A stretch of DNA of 64,000 bases. Source: Phoronis australis (lineage: Eukaryota > Animalia > Phoronida). A program made the position numbers and the translations under genes. This document shows, piece after piece, positions 52,801-61,077 of the stretch. Below the pieces are notes generated by a model. It saw nothing but the letters and a program-made list of their open reading frames with translations, was not told where the DNA came from and searched no databases. Every line of letters starts with the position of its first letter. Within the stretch, counting starts at the first letter, position 1. Location of the stretch: contig NMRA01000427.1 of the NCBI GenBank assembly GCA_002633005.1, forward strand, positions 1 through 64,000, written 5' to 3'.

Positions 52801-55800
52801 TAAATAAAATTCTGTTATTTTTAACTTTTCGAAGCTGCTTTTAACAAAACGACGTCTCATTTGCTGTCTTGCTTAGCCCGTCAACTTCATACGTGTACCA
52901 ATGAGGCGGCATCAATAATGGTATCCTGTCTTCAAAACAAGTGTTATCCGTGGTCCTTACAAAACCATTGAGGTTCGCTATTAGTCGTCTTCAGTTTGTC
53001 AAAACCCGTGTCCTTTCAAAGGAATGATGTTTTGCTTATTTAATGCAGTTTCACATGCGGCATATCTTAATGTTAACGTGCCTCAGATGATCACGTGGTT
53101 TTTTCGACAGATTTGCAATGTACGTCCCATCCTGGTTTGTTATAGTGCAGAGTATGTTAGAATACAAAGTGACTTGAAGTACGTTACTCTATCATTGCGT
53201 AGCATAAATCGCGAAAACTTGACGAGCAAGTAAATTACAAAAATAAACAACTGGGCGGCTACTTGCAATAACGTCACATTAAACTCTGACAAAGGTTCCA
53301 AAAATAGTGTTTCATTGAGACAAAACGCCAATTAAACGGCACAAAATGCTGGCTGCGTGGTTATTTTAAGTTTTGCCGAGTCTGACGGAGCTTTCTCTTG
53401 GTTTGTTTAGTTTATTTTAGTGTTAACCACAAAAGTTCCCATAGGTGGCGGGAAGGCATTACATCCTATGATGTGAACACACCAGCATAATATTTTGCAT
53501 ACTCATAAAATATTAGACCTATGCGTCTGTCTTTTCACAGAACTAGACCACGATTAAAAATAGTCCTGGGGCCAGGCAAAATGCGCGTAGTCAAAGAGGA
53601 AATTGTGGACGATCGCTTAGAGACTGAAGTGGAGTGGAAGCCGAAACCGGCACAGTCGGGTAATCAACTTTATTTATCTCAACAATCATGCAATTCACAA
53701 TCTTATGAAACGCTGCTTAGTTTGAGTTTAGAGTGTCCGAGTGTAATCTTTCTCGGTTAGCGTGAGCGCAGGCCGCTGCAGGCATACATGCGAGTAAAAA
53801 AATAAAGCGTTAAAACAAATTTCTTACACTGGAGTGCGCACGTCAGGTACACACTGTATTCTTTAAAATTGTCTTGTAGGAAGGACCAAATTCTGTGTTG
53901 CCGCAGAGCATCGCGGTCCTGGCTCGCTACTGTCTAGACTTCTCTGCCAAGTGATCCTTGTGAACGTTTTGAACCCTTGCGAGAAGAATCCCCCTTATTG
54001 CAAAAATGACGGGGATTGCATTCCTCTGCCGAACGACACCTCCCCCATTCCCTCGTGTGACTGCCCTGAAAACTTTTTGGGTAAGCCAACGCAATTGTCG
54101 TGTTTAATTTGTTGTTCAAAGTAAAATTATTTTGTTTTTTTGTTCATAAATGGAGTAAAGTTTCGAAGATATAATAAATTGCTTCAATTTTGTGGATCAA
54201 GATATATGTAGTGACATGTTTTCGCGCATCTGTTCAATATACATGTAAGAAATAATCGCCTGTTCACACAGACTCCACCGATTGTTAAAGTTGTGAAAGA
54301 AGCCCCGGATATTACAAGCAGTGGGTTGTTCCAAACATTAGCATGTAAGTCCTGTCACCACGCCCTCTGTTAGCCACAACATGTGACCTAATGGATATAA
54401 GTCCGAAAATTTTTCTCAAAGAGAGACTCGAACCCAAGACTTGTTAACCGTGCAGACGCTCTAGCCACTGAGCAACCGGTTAAACAGGAAAATCGAATCA
54501 GACTTAGTAATGGGCGTCTTAGCCTTGATCCGCAGTAATGTATATAAATATGTCTATCTCACTACTGGAGATCAACACACGTGTCTTCGGTTGCTTCAAT
54601 GTGTTTTGAAGATCACATTAAGCTCACCGCGGATACCGGTTATCATCATATATATAATAATAAAATATAGGCGCATTCTATCCTTAATGAGTTTTAGTTA
54701 AGTAATAAAAACAGTCGTTGCTGAAGTGTTTTGTATAAAGTAGCATAGAACTCTAGCCCTGGTCACAGGCGTCCTCAGCTTCTGGTCGTCCCAAATACAA
54801 TGCAATAATACTACAAGGTATGACACTCCCGACTAGAAATCCCACGAGTGCTTCACTTTAGATGTCCATAGCAAACACAAAACTCAATCAATTTACACAG
54901 AACAGAGGATTAACAAACCATGAGTTACGTATAATGGCAATTGTCAATTGTCACGATTTTGTAACTTTTCGTGACAAATCGGCAAATGCCGTTTAAAGAG
55001 TAAGTCATCGGATAATTCCGTATCGTCTTCGACCTTCGACTTACAGAGGAGTTGGGAAGATTTTTGTGCTTTGACAGCGAATTTTTTGCGAACTGAATGA
55101 AGCAGGACACCGTAAATGATATTGGGTGAAAGAACAATTCCTCATGGTTTGTTGAAACTCTGTTTTGTGTAAATTTATTGAGTTTTGTGTTTGCTATGGA
55201 CGGCTGAAGTAAAACACTTGTGAGATTTCTAGTCGGGAGTGTCATACCTTGTAGTATTATATGTAGTGTATTATTGATGATCAGAAGTTGAGGAAGTCTG
55301 TGGCCCTGTTATGCCAACTCCGATCTTGAGGCTGCTGAGGTTGCGTCGCCCATGCGTGGGGCAAAGCATTCGCTTTTTCCGATATGCACTTGCTATGGGA
55401 TTTACTGTTATTATTTTTTTTCGAAACTCCGCCGTTTTTTTATTCTAATTGCATAAATAAAGACTATATCATTAGAAAGATCTTTGACAGTTCTTGACTA
55501 TTATACCAGAAGCAAAAGATAAATAATTTAATTCATAAGTAATTATCATTTCGCTTACTTGTTAAAAATATTGTTTTATTTTGAAAACCGATATTGTTAT
55601 CAAAATGCATAAAATCACAGTTGAAATAGAAACATAAAAAGGAAATGAACCAGATGAATTACATAATTGACTAGTTCGCTATCAGGGAATTAATATCAAA
55701 GATTCAAACAATTTCTACCGTATTAGGACACATGTTTTAGAATATGGGTCCCTCACACTTGCTGTGCATAATTTGGTCAGGCATTCATCTAAAGTTATAT

Positions 55801-58022
55801 ATCGATCAAATCCACGTCAGTCGAGCTGGTAGGCCTACCCGCAAATTCTCAGCCATAAATTCCCTCAGTCGGCTAGTCCCGGGGTTGCAATCTCTATTAA
55901 TAGAATACATAGGTCTCGTGCGGGAGTTGGCATTCCAGGGCTAGAGTTCTGTGATAAGAGTTCAAGCCTAACTTTTTGGCATATTGGCGTAGTGGACTTT
56001 GGGTATACTTGCCTGAACCCGGGTGTTTTCCATGTGTCGTCCCTACCTTGAACATTCAGTTTGATAGTGTTGAATTTTGGACTCACGTCAACGTTCACCG
56101 CTTTGTAACGGAATAGCTAAGGTTCACTCACTTTATGAAGTAGTTGTTTTTTGTTCAAAAGTTTTTTTTTGCCTAAGGGGTATGCACTTTCAGATATTTC
56201 TGATTATTTGTGCAGTTTCATCTACAGGACTTGTCAGTTTAAATACACGCATAAGCGTAATTATTGTCATATCAGTGGACGGTATAGGATTTTATAAAGA
56301 AATCAGCAGAGGAAATGTCGCTTTTAGATCCAAAAACGGCGCTCCAAAGTTCCCTTGCTTTCTCGTCACATCCGCAAGGGGAAGGACAGCCTGGATTCCT
56401 GCCCCATCCCTACTTCCGCGTATTGATCAAACCTGTTTTCATACACAAACAATAGCTGCTGGAGTTGCCTCTACATATTGTCGTTTGTGGAGGCCTGTCC
56501 TCATTCTCTTCAGATGAGACCACGAAAAGGCCGCCCAAATGACGATTTAAGGGCTAACGGAAACATGAAATTCTCATACCGTGGCTGCCCACCCCTGTTG
56601 CGACATAGTTGATCCGACGTTACTGTTTACTCTGACGAGATGGCTATCACTATATTTAGGTGACCTCTGTGAAATCGATGCAAAAGCGGAGTTTGAAGCT
56701 TTCCACCGATCACGTGCTCTGTGGGGAGCAAAGACAGGCTTTGAGCCCGGGGCGAGCGACCTCAAGTGGTGGCATGTGCTCATCATTTCTGTGGGAGGAA
56801 TTGGCCTGGTGCTCAATTTGTTATTTATAAACTTCGTTCTGAGAAAACGGGAAACCATGTGAGTATTAATTTGAACGGAAAACTATGCTTAAGAATTGCT
56901 GATTAGAATTGCTAATTACGTGGAGCATCTTAACAATGTTTATAAATTGACAAACCGTGACGATGGATTAGTAAGTATTGACGCGACACGAGAACATGAG
57001 TACCTACAGGTGTACCCATACACAGTATAAGTAACTTTTGGCAAGGCATGAGGAGAAGTGACTATTTCAAAGCTTAATTTCACCGTGTTAAGGTGGTGAT
57101 AAAACGAAAGTTTAGTTAGGCCTTACAGTGATACGGTTCTACTTTGTTGCCAACAATGGTCAAATCCATAGGCACTTCAAGAAAACCCTTTAGAGTTTAT
57201 TGATGTTGACCTCCCGGGTCCTCTACAATTACTGAATCGAAAATGGCGAATACATGCATGCATAGCCCATGGCTTGCGTTGTTAAAGGTAATATAATCCC
57301 ATTACGGAGAAGAATATTAAATCGGGCTCAAATTTTGAGACTGATCTAAGAGTACAAAAGCTGTAACTGGCGGTCTAGATACCTGAACAGGGTGAAATGC
57401 ATGACATTTGTTCACCCGTTGTACAATTGATTTTGCTCTTCACCTGTTGCGTCGTGCTTAAAGAGCATTTTTGCCGAAACTTTGTTCTATATGTTAACTC
57501 AAATTTGTTGATTTGGTCAGCTCCATCGTTTTGGCCACGTTTTAAAAAAAAGAACGTTTTACTAGATTTGATTATGGAAGCCTGCAGTACTCAACAACGG
57601 TATCCGGATAATCTAGACTACTAGCGTTATATTTCACCACAATGATATTATTGAGTTAAGAATCAATCATGTTTGAATTAAAATCACCATTACGATACAC
57701 CGATTTCTAATATTTCAATTACATGATGGTATGGAATTCCGAGAGAAGAAAGCAGCTTACTCTAGTGTAAATAACAGTCGCACATATTGTGTGTTTCAGA
57801 GAGCGCGATCAGGGTCCACTGCAGAAATACAAGAGGACCAATCAAAGAGGAGGAAGACGACCCATAATCTCACGACGGAAGGTGGCCCCTATGCCGCCCG
57901 CTTACAACGACATCTACAACTTCGAGAAGAAACCCGGTAGTTTCACAGTTGAGCCTAAAGTGAAACCTCTTGTGATTCCGACCTACGACGAACTACTGGA
58001 GAAGAACTACGTAGATAATTGA
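593..58022 (+). CDS. Multi-exon gene (5' part outside the window) for a mosaic single-pass membrane protein: VWA-SUEL-EGFx4-CCPx2-EGF-Sib-like region-beta-sandwich-EGF-TM-cytoplasmic tail
   Basis: 22 hand-traced exons with AG/GT boundaries and matching phases: 593-725, 1579-1736, 1964-2092, 14371-14635, 20193-20312, 22815-22934, 25201-25320, 34026-34130, 37022-37207, 39363-39536, 40855-40914, 46711-46844, 47617-47692, 49012-49210, 49756-49890, 51833-51971, 52135-52269, 52588-52727, 53541-53659, 53880-54080, 56660-56858, 57800-58022. About 1000 codons are open if the frameshifted lectin exon is skipped. That the VWA exons belong to the same transcript is inferred from strand and phase. Confidence 0.8.
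1579..1736 (+). CDS. Exon: VWA domain, part 2
   Basis: ttttag|g; [29 protein letters not shown]...IRVFAIG, with the VWA (I/L)TDG motif; phase 2 in, phase 1 out. Confidence 0.93.
1814..1907. repeat. (CA)n/(CACACG)n microsatellite
   Basis: Directly visible dinucleotide run in a short intron. Confidence 0.95.
1964..2092 (+). CDS. Exon: VWA domain, C-terminal part
   Basis: [43 protein letters not shown]; 129 nt, phase 1-1. Confidence 0.92.
6705..7443. mobile_element. Foldback/MITE-like element with long inverted arms
   Basis: 6705-6886 is a near-perfect reverse complement of 7262-7443 (about 180 bp). The right arm runs into the N gap, so the true ends are unknown. Confidence 0.8.
8147..8328. 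repeat. Tandem duplication, about 91 bp x2
   Basis: aataatccagtccagtctacaccctgattgctta... occurs near 8147 and near 8238. Confidence 0.9.
9026..9416. repeat. Tandem duplication, about 196 bp x2
   Basis: cggtatttttggcacttaatc...gagatgccagcaggg occurs at 9026 and 9222. Confidence 0.92.
10804..11339. repeat. 57-bp tandem repeat plus a 255-bp direct duplication across a single N (likely contig-join artefact)
   Basis: 10829-11083 nearly equals 11085-11339, and the N at 11084 sits exactly at the junction. Confidence 0.85.
14371..14635 (+). pseudogene. SUEL-type (galactose/rhamnose-binding) lectin exon with an internal frameshift
   Basis: tttttgcag|[35 protein letters not shown], then a frame change, then [53 protein letters not shown]|gtaagt. 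YGR, FGDPC and KYL motifs are present. The length of 265 nt is not a multiple of 3 although both flanks are phase 1. Confidence 0.9.
16309..17620 (+). mobile_element. Non-autonomous DNA transposon with short TIRs and a SAP-domain exon remnant
   Basis: TIR ggggctattcggaaaatt (16309) matches aattctccaaatagcccc (to 17620). 16405-16487 reads [28 protein letters not shown]|gtaagg, which is SAP-like. Confidence 0.6.
17850..18000 (-). mobile_element. 3' fragment of a CR1/L2-type LINE ORF2
   Basis: The minus strand reads [29 protein letters not shown], resembling the T-x-YG-x-x-S...G-x-x-LWN-x-L C-terminal motif of these LINEs. Confidence 0.6.
20193..20312 (+). CDS. Exon: EGF repeat 1
   Basis: [39 protein letters not shown]; 120 nt, phase 1-1, six Cys. 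Confidence 0.93.
22815..22934 (+). CDS. Exon: EGF repeat 2
   Basis: [39 protein letters not shown]; ttttag| and |gtaagt. Confidence 0.92.
25201..25320 (+). CDS. Exon: EGF repeat 3
   Basis: [39 protein letters not shown]; ttttag| and |gtaagt. Confidence 0.92.
27385..27545 (+). mobile_element. GIY-YIG endonuclease remnant, probably from a Penelope-like retroelement
   Basis: [25 protein letters not shown] fits the CxxC-xx-YIG-x-T-x-R-x-L-xx-R-x-KEH pattern; the rest is decayed. Confidence 0.65.
28313..30547 (+). pseudogene. SWIM zinc finger plus YqaJ/lambda-exonuclease-like gene of the transposon (spliced, with stops and frameshifts)
   Basis: MAASSALTD...KGYKYF; [13 protein letters not shown]; [20 protein letters not shown] (SWIM); [10 protein letters not shown]; WMAVSLDR...GLLDVKCP; [22 protein letters not shown] (YqaJ motifs). 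Confidence 0.85.
30683..32628 (-). pseudogene. THAP plus Harbinger-type DDE transposase (disrupted)
   Basis: Exon 1 (32628-32487) reads MTHCCIPC*...[17 protein letters not shown]. Exon 2 (from 31935) reads THISSAHF...[12 protein letters not shown], then RVIIHCTEI (first catalytic D changed to H), YSQYK..TTFK, GSISD, VMADKGF and RIHVERV. Confidence 0.9.
34026..34130 (+). CDS. Exon: EGF repeat 4
   Basis: [35 protein letters not shown]; 105 nt, phase 1-1. Confidence 0.9.
37022..37207 (+). CDS. Exon: Sushi/CCP domain 1
   Basis: [12 protein letters not shown]...[32 protein letters not shown]; 186 nt, phase 1-1. Confidence 0.92.
39363..39536 (+). CDS. Exon: Sushi/CCP domain 2
   Basis: [12 protein letters not shown]...[33 protein letters not shown]; 174 nt, phase 1-1. 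Confidence 0.93.
40227..40559 (-). mobile_element. THAP zinc-finger remnant at the 5' end of a DNA transposon
   Basis: The minus strand reads [27 protein letters not shown]...[24 protein letters not shown] with frameshifts. The remainder may be in the adjacent N gap. Confidence 0.75.
40855..40914 (+). CDS. Exon: EGF repeat 5, N-terminal half
   Basis: ttgcag|[19 protein letters not shown]|gtaaat; 60 nt, phase 1-1. Confidence 0.82.
41650..42215. repeat. Degenerate minisatellite, about 21-22 bp unit (ccaagaaagcaactccc...)
   Basis: Many imperfect copies of aagaaagcaact followed by C-rich spacers. Confidence 0.85.
43130..46377. repeat. 1.6-kb near-identical direct duplication split by a single N
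   Basis: 43130-44749 nearly equals 44751-46377 with a few SNPs and indels; the N at 44750 is at the junction. Probably two haplotypes assembled in tandem. Confidence 0.92.
46711..46844 (+). CDS. Exon: EGF repeat 5 C-terminal half plus start of the Sib-like region
   Basis: [45 protein letters not shown]; phase 1 in, phase 0 out; supplies Cys 4-6. Confidence 0.88.
47617..47692 (+). CDS. Exon: Sib-like region
   Basis: ttttcag|[25 protein letters not shown]|gtgagt; phase 0 to 1. Confidence 0.82.
47982..48950. mobile_element. Kolobok-like non-autonomous DNA transposon flanked by TTAA
   Basis: ttaa|acagtacacaccatg ... catgttgtgtacact|ttaa. A 21-bp subterminal inverted repeat sits at 48142-48162 and 48802-48822. 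There is a THAP remnant on - and an acidic ORF start on +. Confidence 0.75.
49012..49210 (+). CDS. Exon: Sib-like region
   Basis: ttttacag|[19 protein letters not shown]...[25 protein letters not shown]|gtgagg; phase 1 to 2. Confidence 0.85.
49756..49890 (+). CDS. Exon: Sib-like region
   Basis: [44 protein letters not shown]; phase 2-2, with an NxSP motif. Confidence 0.82.
50290..51434. mobile_element. MITE with about 85-bp TIRs and an 8-bp target-site duplication (hAT-like)
   Basis: TIR cacaggcgctt...ggttggacact matches agtgtccaacc...aagcgcctgtg. tttgtaag is repeated at 50282-50289 and 51435-51442 (it can also be read as a 10-bp TSD). Confidence 0.9.
51833..51971 (+). CDS. Exon: Sib-like region (DxDGDxVRCRWA motif)
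   Basis: [46 protein letters not shown]; phase 2 to 0. Confidence 0.9.
52135..52269 (+). CDS. Exon: Sib-like region (YAV...EDF...SSVPLQ motif)
   Basis: [45 protein letters not shown]; phase 0-0. Confidence 0.9.
52588..52727 (+). CDS. Exon: linker and start of the beta-sandwich
   Basis: [47 protein letters not shown]; phase 0 to 2. Confidence 0.82.
53541..53659 (+). CDS. Exon: beta-sandwich (WxP..Q.G motif)
   Basis: [39 protein letters not shown]; phase 2 to 1. Confidence 0.82.
53880..54080 (+). CDS. Exon: end of the beta-sandwich plus juxtamembrane EGF repeat 6
   Basis: [67 protein letters not shown]; 201 nt, phase 1-1. Confidence 0.9.
54421..54478 (-). mobile_element. tRNA-derived SINE head
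   Basis: The minus strand reads ccggttgctcagtggctagagcg...gggttcgagtc (Pol III A and B boxes) without a complete cloverleaf. Confidence 0.55.
54761..55305. mobile_element. Foldback/MITE-like element with about 165-bp diverged inverted arms
   Basis: 54761-54924 matches the reverse complement of 55141-55305, e.g. taatactacaaggtatgacactcccgactagaaat and atttctagtcgggagtgtcataccttgtagtatta. Confidence 0.85.
56660..56858 (+). CDS. Exon: last Cys of EGF 6, stalk and transmembrane helix
   Basis: GDLCEIDAK...[32 protein letters not shown]: a hydrophobic span followed by an RKR stop-transfer signal; phase 1 to 2. Confidence 0.9.
57800..58022 (+). CDS. Terminal exon: cytoplasmic tail
   Basis: gtttcag|a [11 protein letters not shown]...[13 protein letters not shown]...[15 protein letters not shown]; the phase matches the TM exon. 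Confidence 0.85.
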
Positions 58023-58339
58023 GCCAATGTCGCAATAATCCGATTCGTGAACCAGTATCAGTTTAAGTTGGCACATTTGATGGAGAATCAGAGTGTTATT
58101 TCGAGCTTTTCAGTAGAATGATTCCATTGAATATTCATTTAAACTATCGATTCGTCAAACAGAAAGTGTGTGCAGGTCTAAAAGGTGTAACAATCCGAGT
58201 ATGATTCGTTATTGTAATAATTTATTTAATAAGCGTCATTTTGTTGTGTGTACATGTAGGAGACGTTCCACTGACCACAAATCATTATCCTGGTCTATAA
58301 ATGCACGCATATTGAGGATTGGGTACAGTGGAATCCCCC

Positions 58340-58450
58340 CGATCTCTTCTACCCCACCTCTCCCCGCCCCTCTCCCTCCCTCGATCCCTCTCAACCTCCC
58401 TCGATCCCTCTCAACCTCCTTCGCTCTTCCCTCTTTCCTAATCTACCTTT
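58340..58450. repeat. C/T-rich low-complexity tract with a short direct repeat
   Basis: ctccctcgatccctctcaacct occurs twice within a pyrimidine run. Confidence 0.7.
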
Positions 58451-61077
58451 CTGGCTCACGCAGACTAACCCGTTTCATGTGTTGTAACAATGTAATGCGT
58501 TTTGACATTTGAACACTCAGTACTCTGATTGTTATTTCTATTAACGTTATGGTTTACTATATTTTTACGAAATTGTATTAAGAGTGAAAATAATTGACAT
58601 GTATATGTTTTGTGTAACAAGGCGGTACCACCTACATTGTACGTGTAATGTAATTTGTAATTCATACATGTAATAGTCGAATTTCTTTAGATATGTAAAA
58701 CTTTCGTTAACGCCGAGTGATTGTTTGGCCAGGCCCCCTACTTGGCGAGTAGAACATGAGTGAGCGTCTGCTAGCACCGAAAGTACTTGAAGTCGAACAT
58801 TATTCCTATAATCAAAGAGATAGGGTACCAGAAACTGAACCACAGAAATGATTGTGTTGTGCGTTAATGAGAATATTCGGGAAATTTGTCTGCCCTACAA
58901 AAGATTGATCACATTACAGAGCCACAGCCGGGTCCTTTAGGGATGTCAAACGACTGTTGAAACCGAGACATGCGCGATGCACACGGTTGGTGCATATGAA
59001 CTCCCGCGTTGCTGTTGTTTTGAGTTTTGATGAATATACATGTAGAGCAGAAAATGTCAAAAATAAATTCGAGTACAAAAGTTGGACGCCGGGGTCCGAT
59101 TATTAAGTCTTACACGACATGTCTCCAAATTCTTCGTGGCAGATGACAAACGATTTTCAACGTCACACCACTGAAAAGAAAAAGTACATGAATACATTTT
59201 GTCGCCATGGTCAACCAAGATCGGTCTGGTTCAAATCAATCGCAGAGGACCCCTCACTTTAACTTAGCCGCTGAGAACAATTACCATCCCTGCAACGCCG
59301 TTTCCAGACCAGTTTGTCAACATCTTGATCATTACAGGCTTGTTTGTCGTGCGAATTGTTTTCAGTGGTGACAAAATGTCTTTCTTAATGTTTGAAAAAT
59401 CCACGAACCCTGCTTAAGAGAACGAGCAGGGTATAAGAATAAGGTGCTTCAGTGGTTCATGATTTTACATAAATAGACTTTGTTTTTCTACACACCTCGC
59501 ATTACCTCACGGTGCGGAAATAGATTATAACGTCTCAGATACATCGTCGACAGCATTTAATTCTATTACATAAGAAAATTGTGAACATACCCGTTTACTT
59601 TTATAAGATCCTTGTACATGTCTGTTTGTTCGTGAGTTCAATGAATAAATATACGTGCATTGTAGCAGACAGACAAGTAATGGAAGTAATATCGGTAGAT
59701 GGCCATGTATGACGCACAACAAGATTAAAATTACTCTTTGAAGAATGAAAACTTCAAAAATAATGAGAAGGTCCCATTTTAAATTAGGAGCACTATCATC
59801 CATATGAGAAGAGTGGGATAACCTAGAAACAGGAAAATGGATAGGGTTGTCGTGATACAAATAAAACACGATTTTTTGCGTTGAAAGATACATGTATCCA
59901 CCACTACCACCAATTGAAATTTGCCCAAGTCATCTGTCTTAACTACTCAAACCACCTGCCTTTAAGCAGTATGGTACGTAACTTAATATGATATTTTGCC
60001 AAGTTTGAATTTTCTCGCTCCTTACTAATAAATGGTCGACAATTTTAGACAATGAATGCTGAAGGGTAAGGCCAGTGAGAAGAACTTTGAACGGTCATGT
60101 TTCTCCCAGTCACCTATTTCAAGATTTAGTTCCGAAATTTAAAAAAACTGTAGTCCTTGGTAACGATCGCTGGCTAACTTGACTAAGAATGCTGGAGAGT
60201 AACCCACTCAAGGTGGCGCTAGTAACATGGCGTTTTAAGCGCAAACGAAGTTGTAACGAAAACGAAAAGCTGATCTAGAAAACGGTTCCGACATTTTCGT
60301 GATTTCTTCTTTCACATTTATATAAAATGGAATTGTTAGTGCTGTTTGATACCGTTGTTTTGGCGTAAACAAACATTTTCTGATCAACTTAAATGAAAAG
60401 ACTGAGTACGTGCCCCAAGTAAAGACAGATTCAGGGACAAAATGAAACATTCCATCTACAATCTTTCAGACTACAAGAGGCCTGGAATGAGAAAATCAGA
60501 CTAAATTGCACCAATAAATTGGGTCTCTGTCTCTGAAGCAAAATTAATTTAGAAATCGTGAATTTTGTGGAAATTCCCTCACAGCTGAAAGCAAATAACT
60601 GTGTTATTAGAAGTTGCGAGATAGTACTTTCGTCAGGAACTGCTTCACGCGAAATCCCCGCATTGAAAGGTACCGGCAGTTACAACGAAAACTTTATTCA
60701 ATAAATGAAGTGGACGTGTACATGTAAGTCAACATTTCTGACTTGAATTATTTGTTAAATTTATGAAATAGACCGCTAAACATTTCTCGCAAATATCGTG
60801 CAACAACTAGCGTCACTCAAAGTTGATCAACTGGAGCGTTTTTTTAGTCTCGCCGCCTGACTGTTCATCTTGATACGTGCTGCCTCTGCAACTTTGATCC
60901 AACTTTTAAGTAAAGTTCTGCACGCTCTCAAACCACATACCGCACGTCTCCATCATCATGAGCAACGTGAACATGTGCCAACAGTTTACAGTCGGCCATT
61001 GATCGTGGAACCCAAATAAATAATTTACACATAATTGGTACAGTAATTAAGAATAATGTAGTGCCTCCTCAAAGTCA

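Noticed and set aside
54272-54343. Exon-like segment (cacag|ACTCCACCG...|gtaagt; [12 protein letters not shown]...)
   Set aside because: It is open only from phase 0, but the upstream exon ends in phase 1 (stop in that frame). EGF 6 is already completed by joining 54080 to 56660.
54421-54478. Possible tRNA gene (similar B-box-like stretches near 41010 and 42995)
   Set aside because: No complete acceptor stem or anticodon arm; better explained as SINE heads.
57904-57996. YNDI...YDEL as an ITAM
   Set aside because: The spacing (over 20 residues) far exceeds the 6-12 residues of an ITAM.
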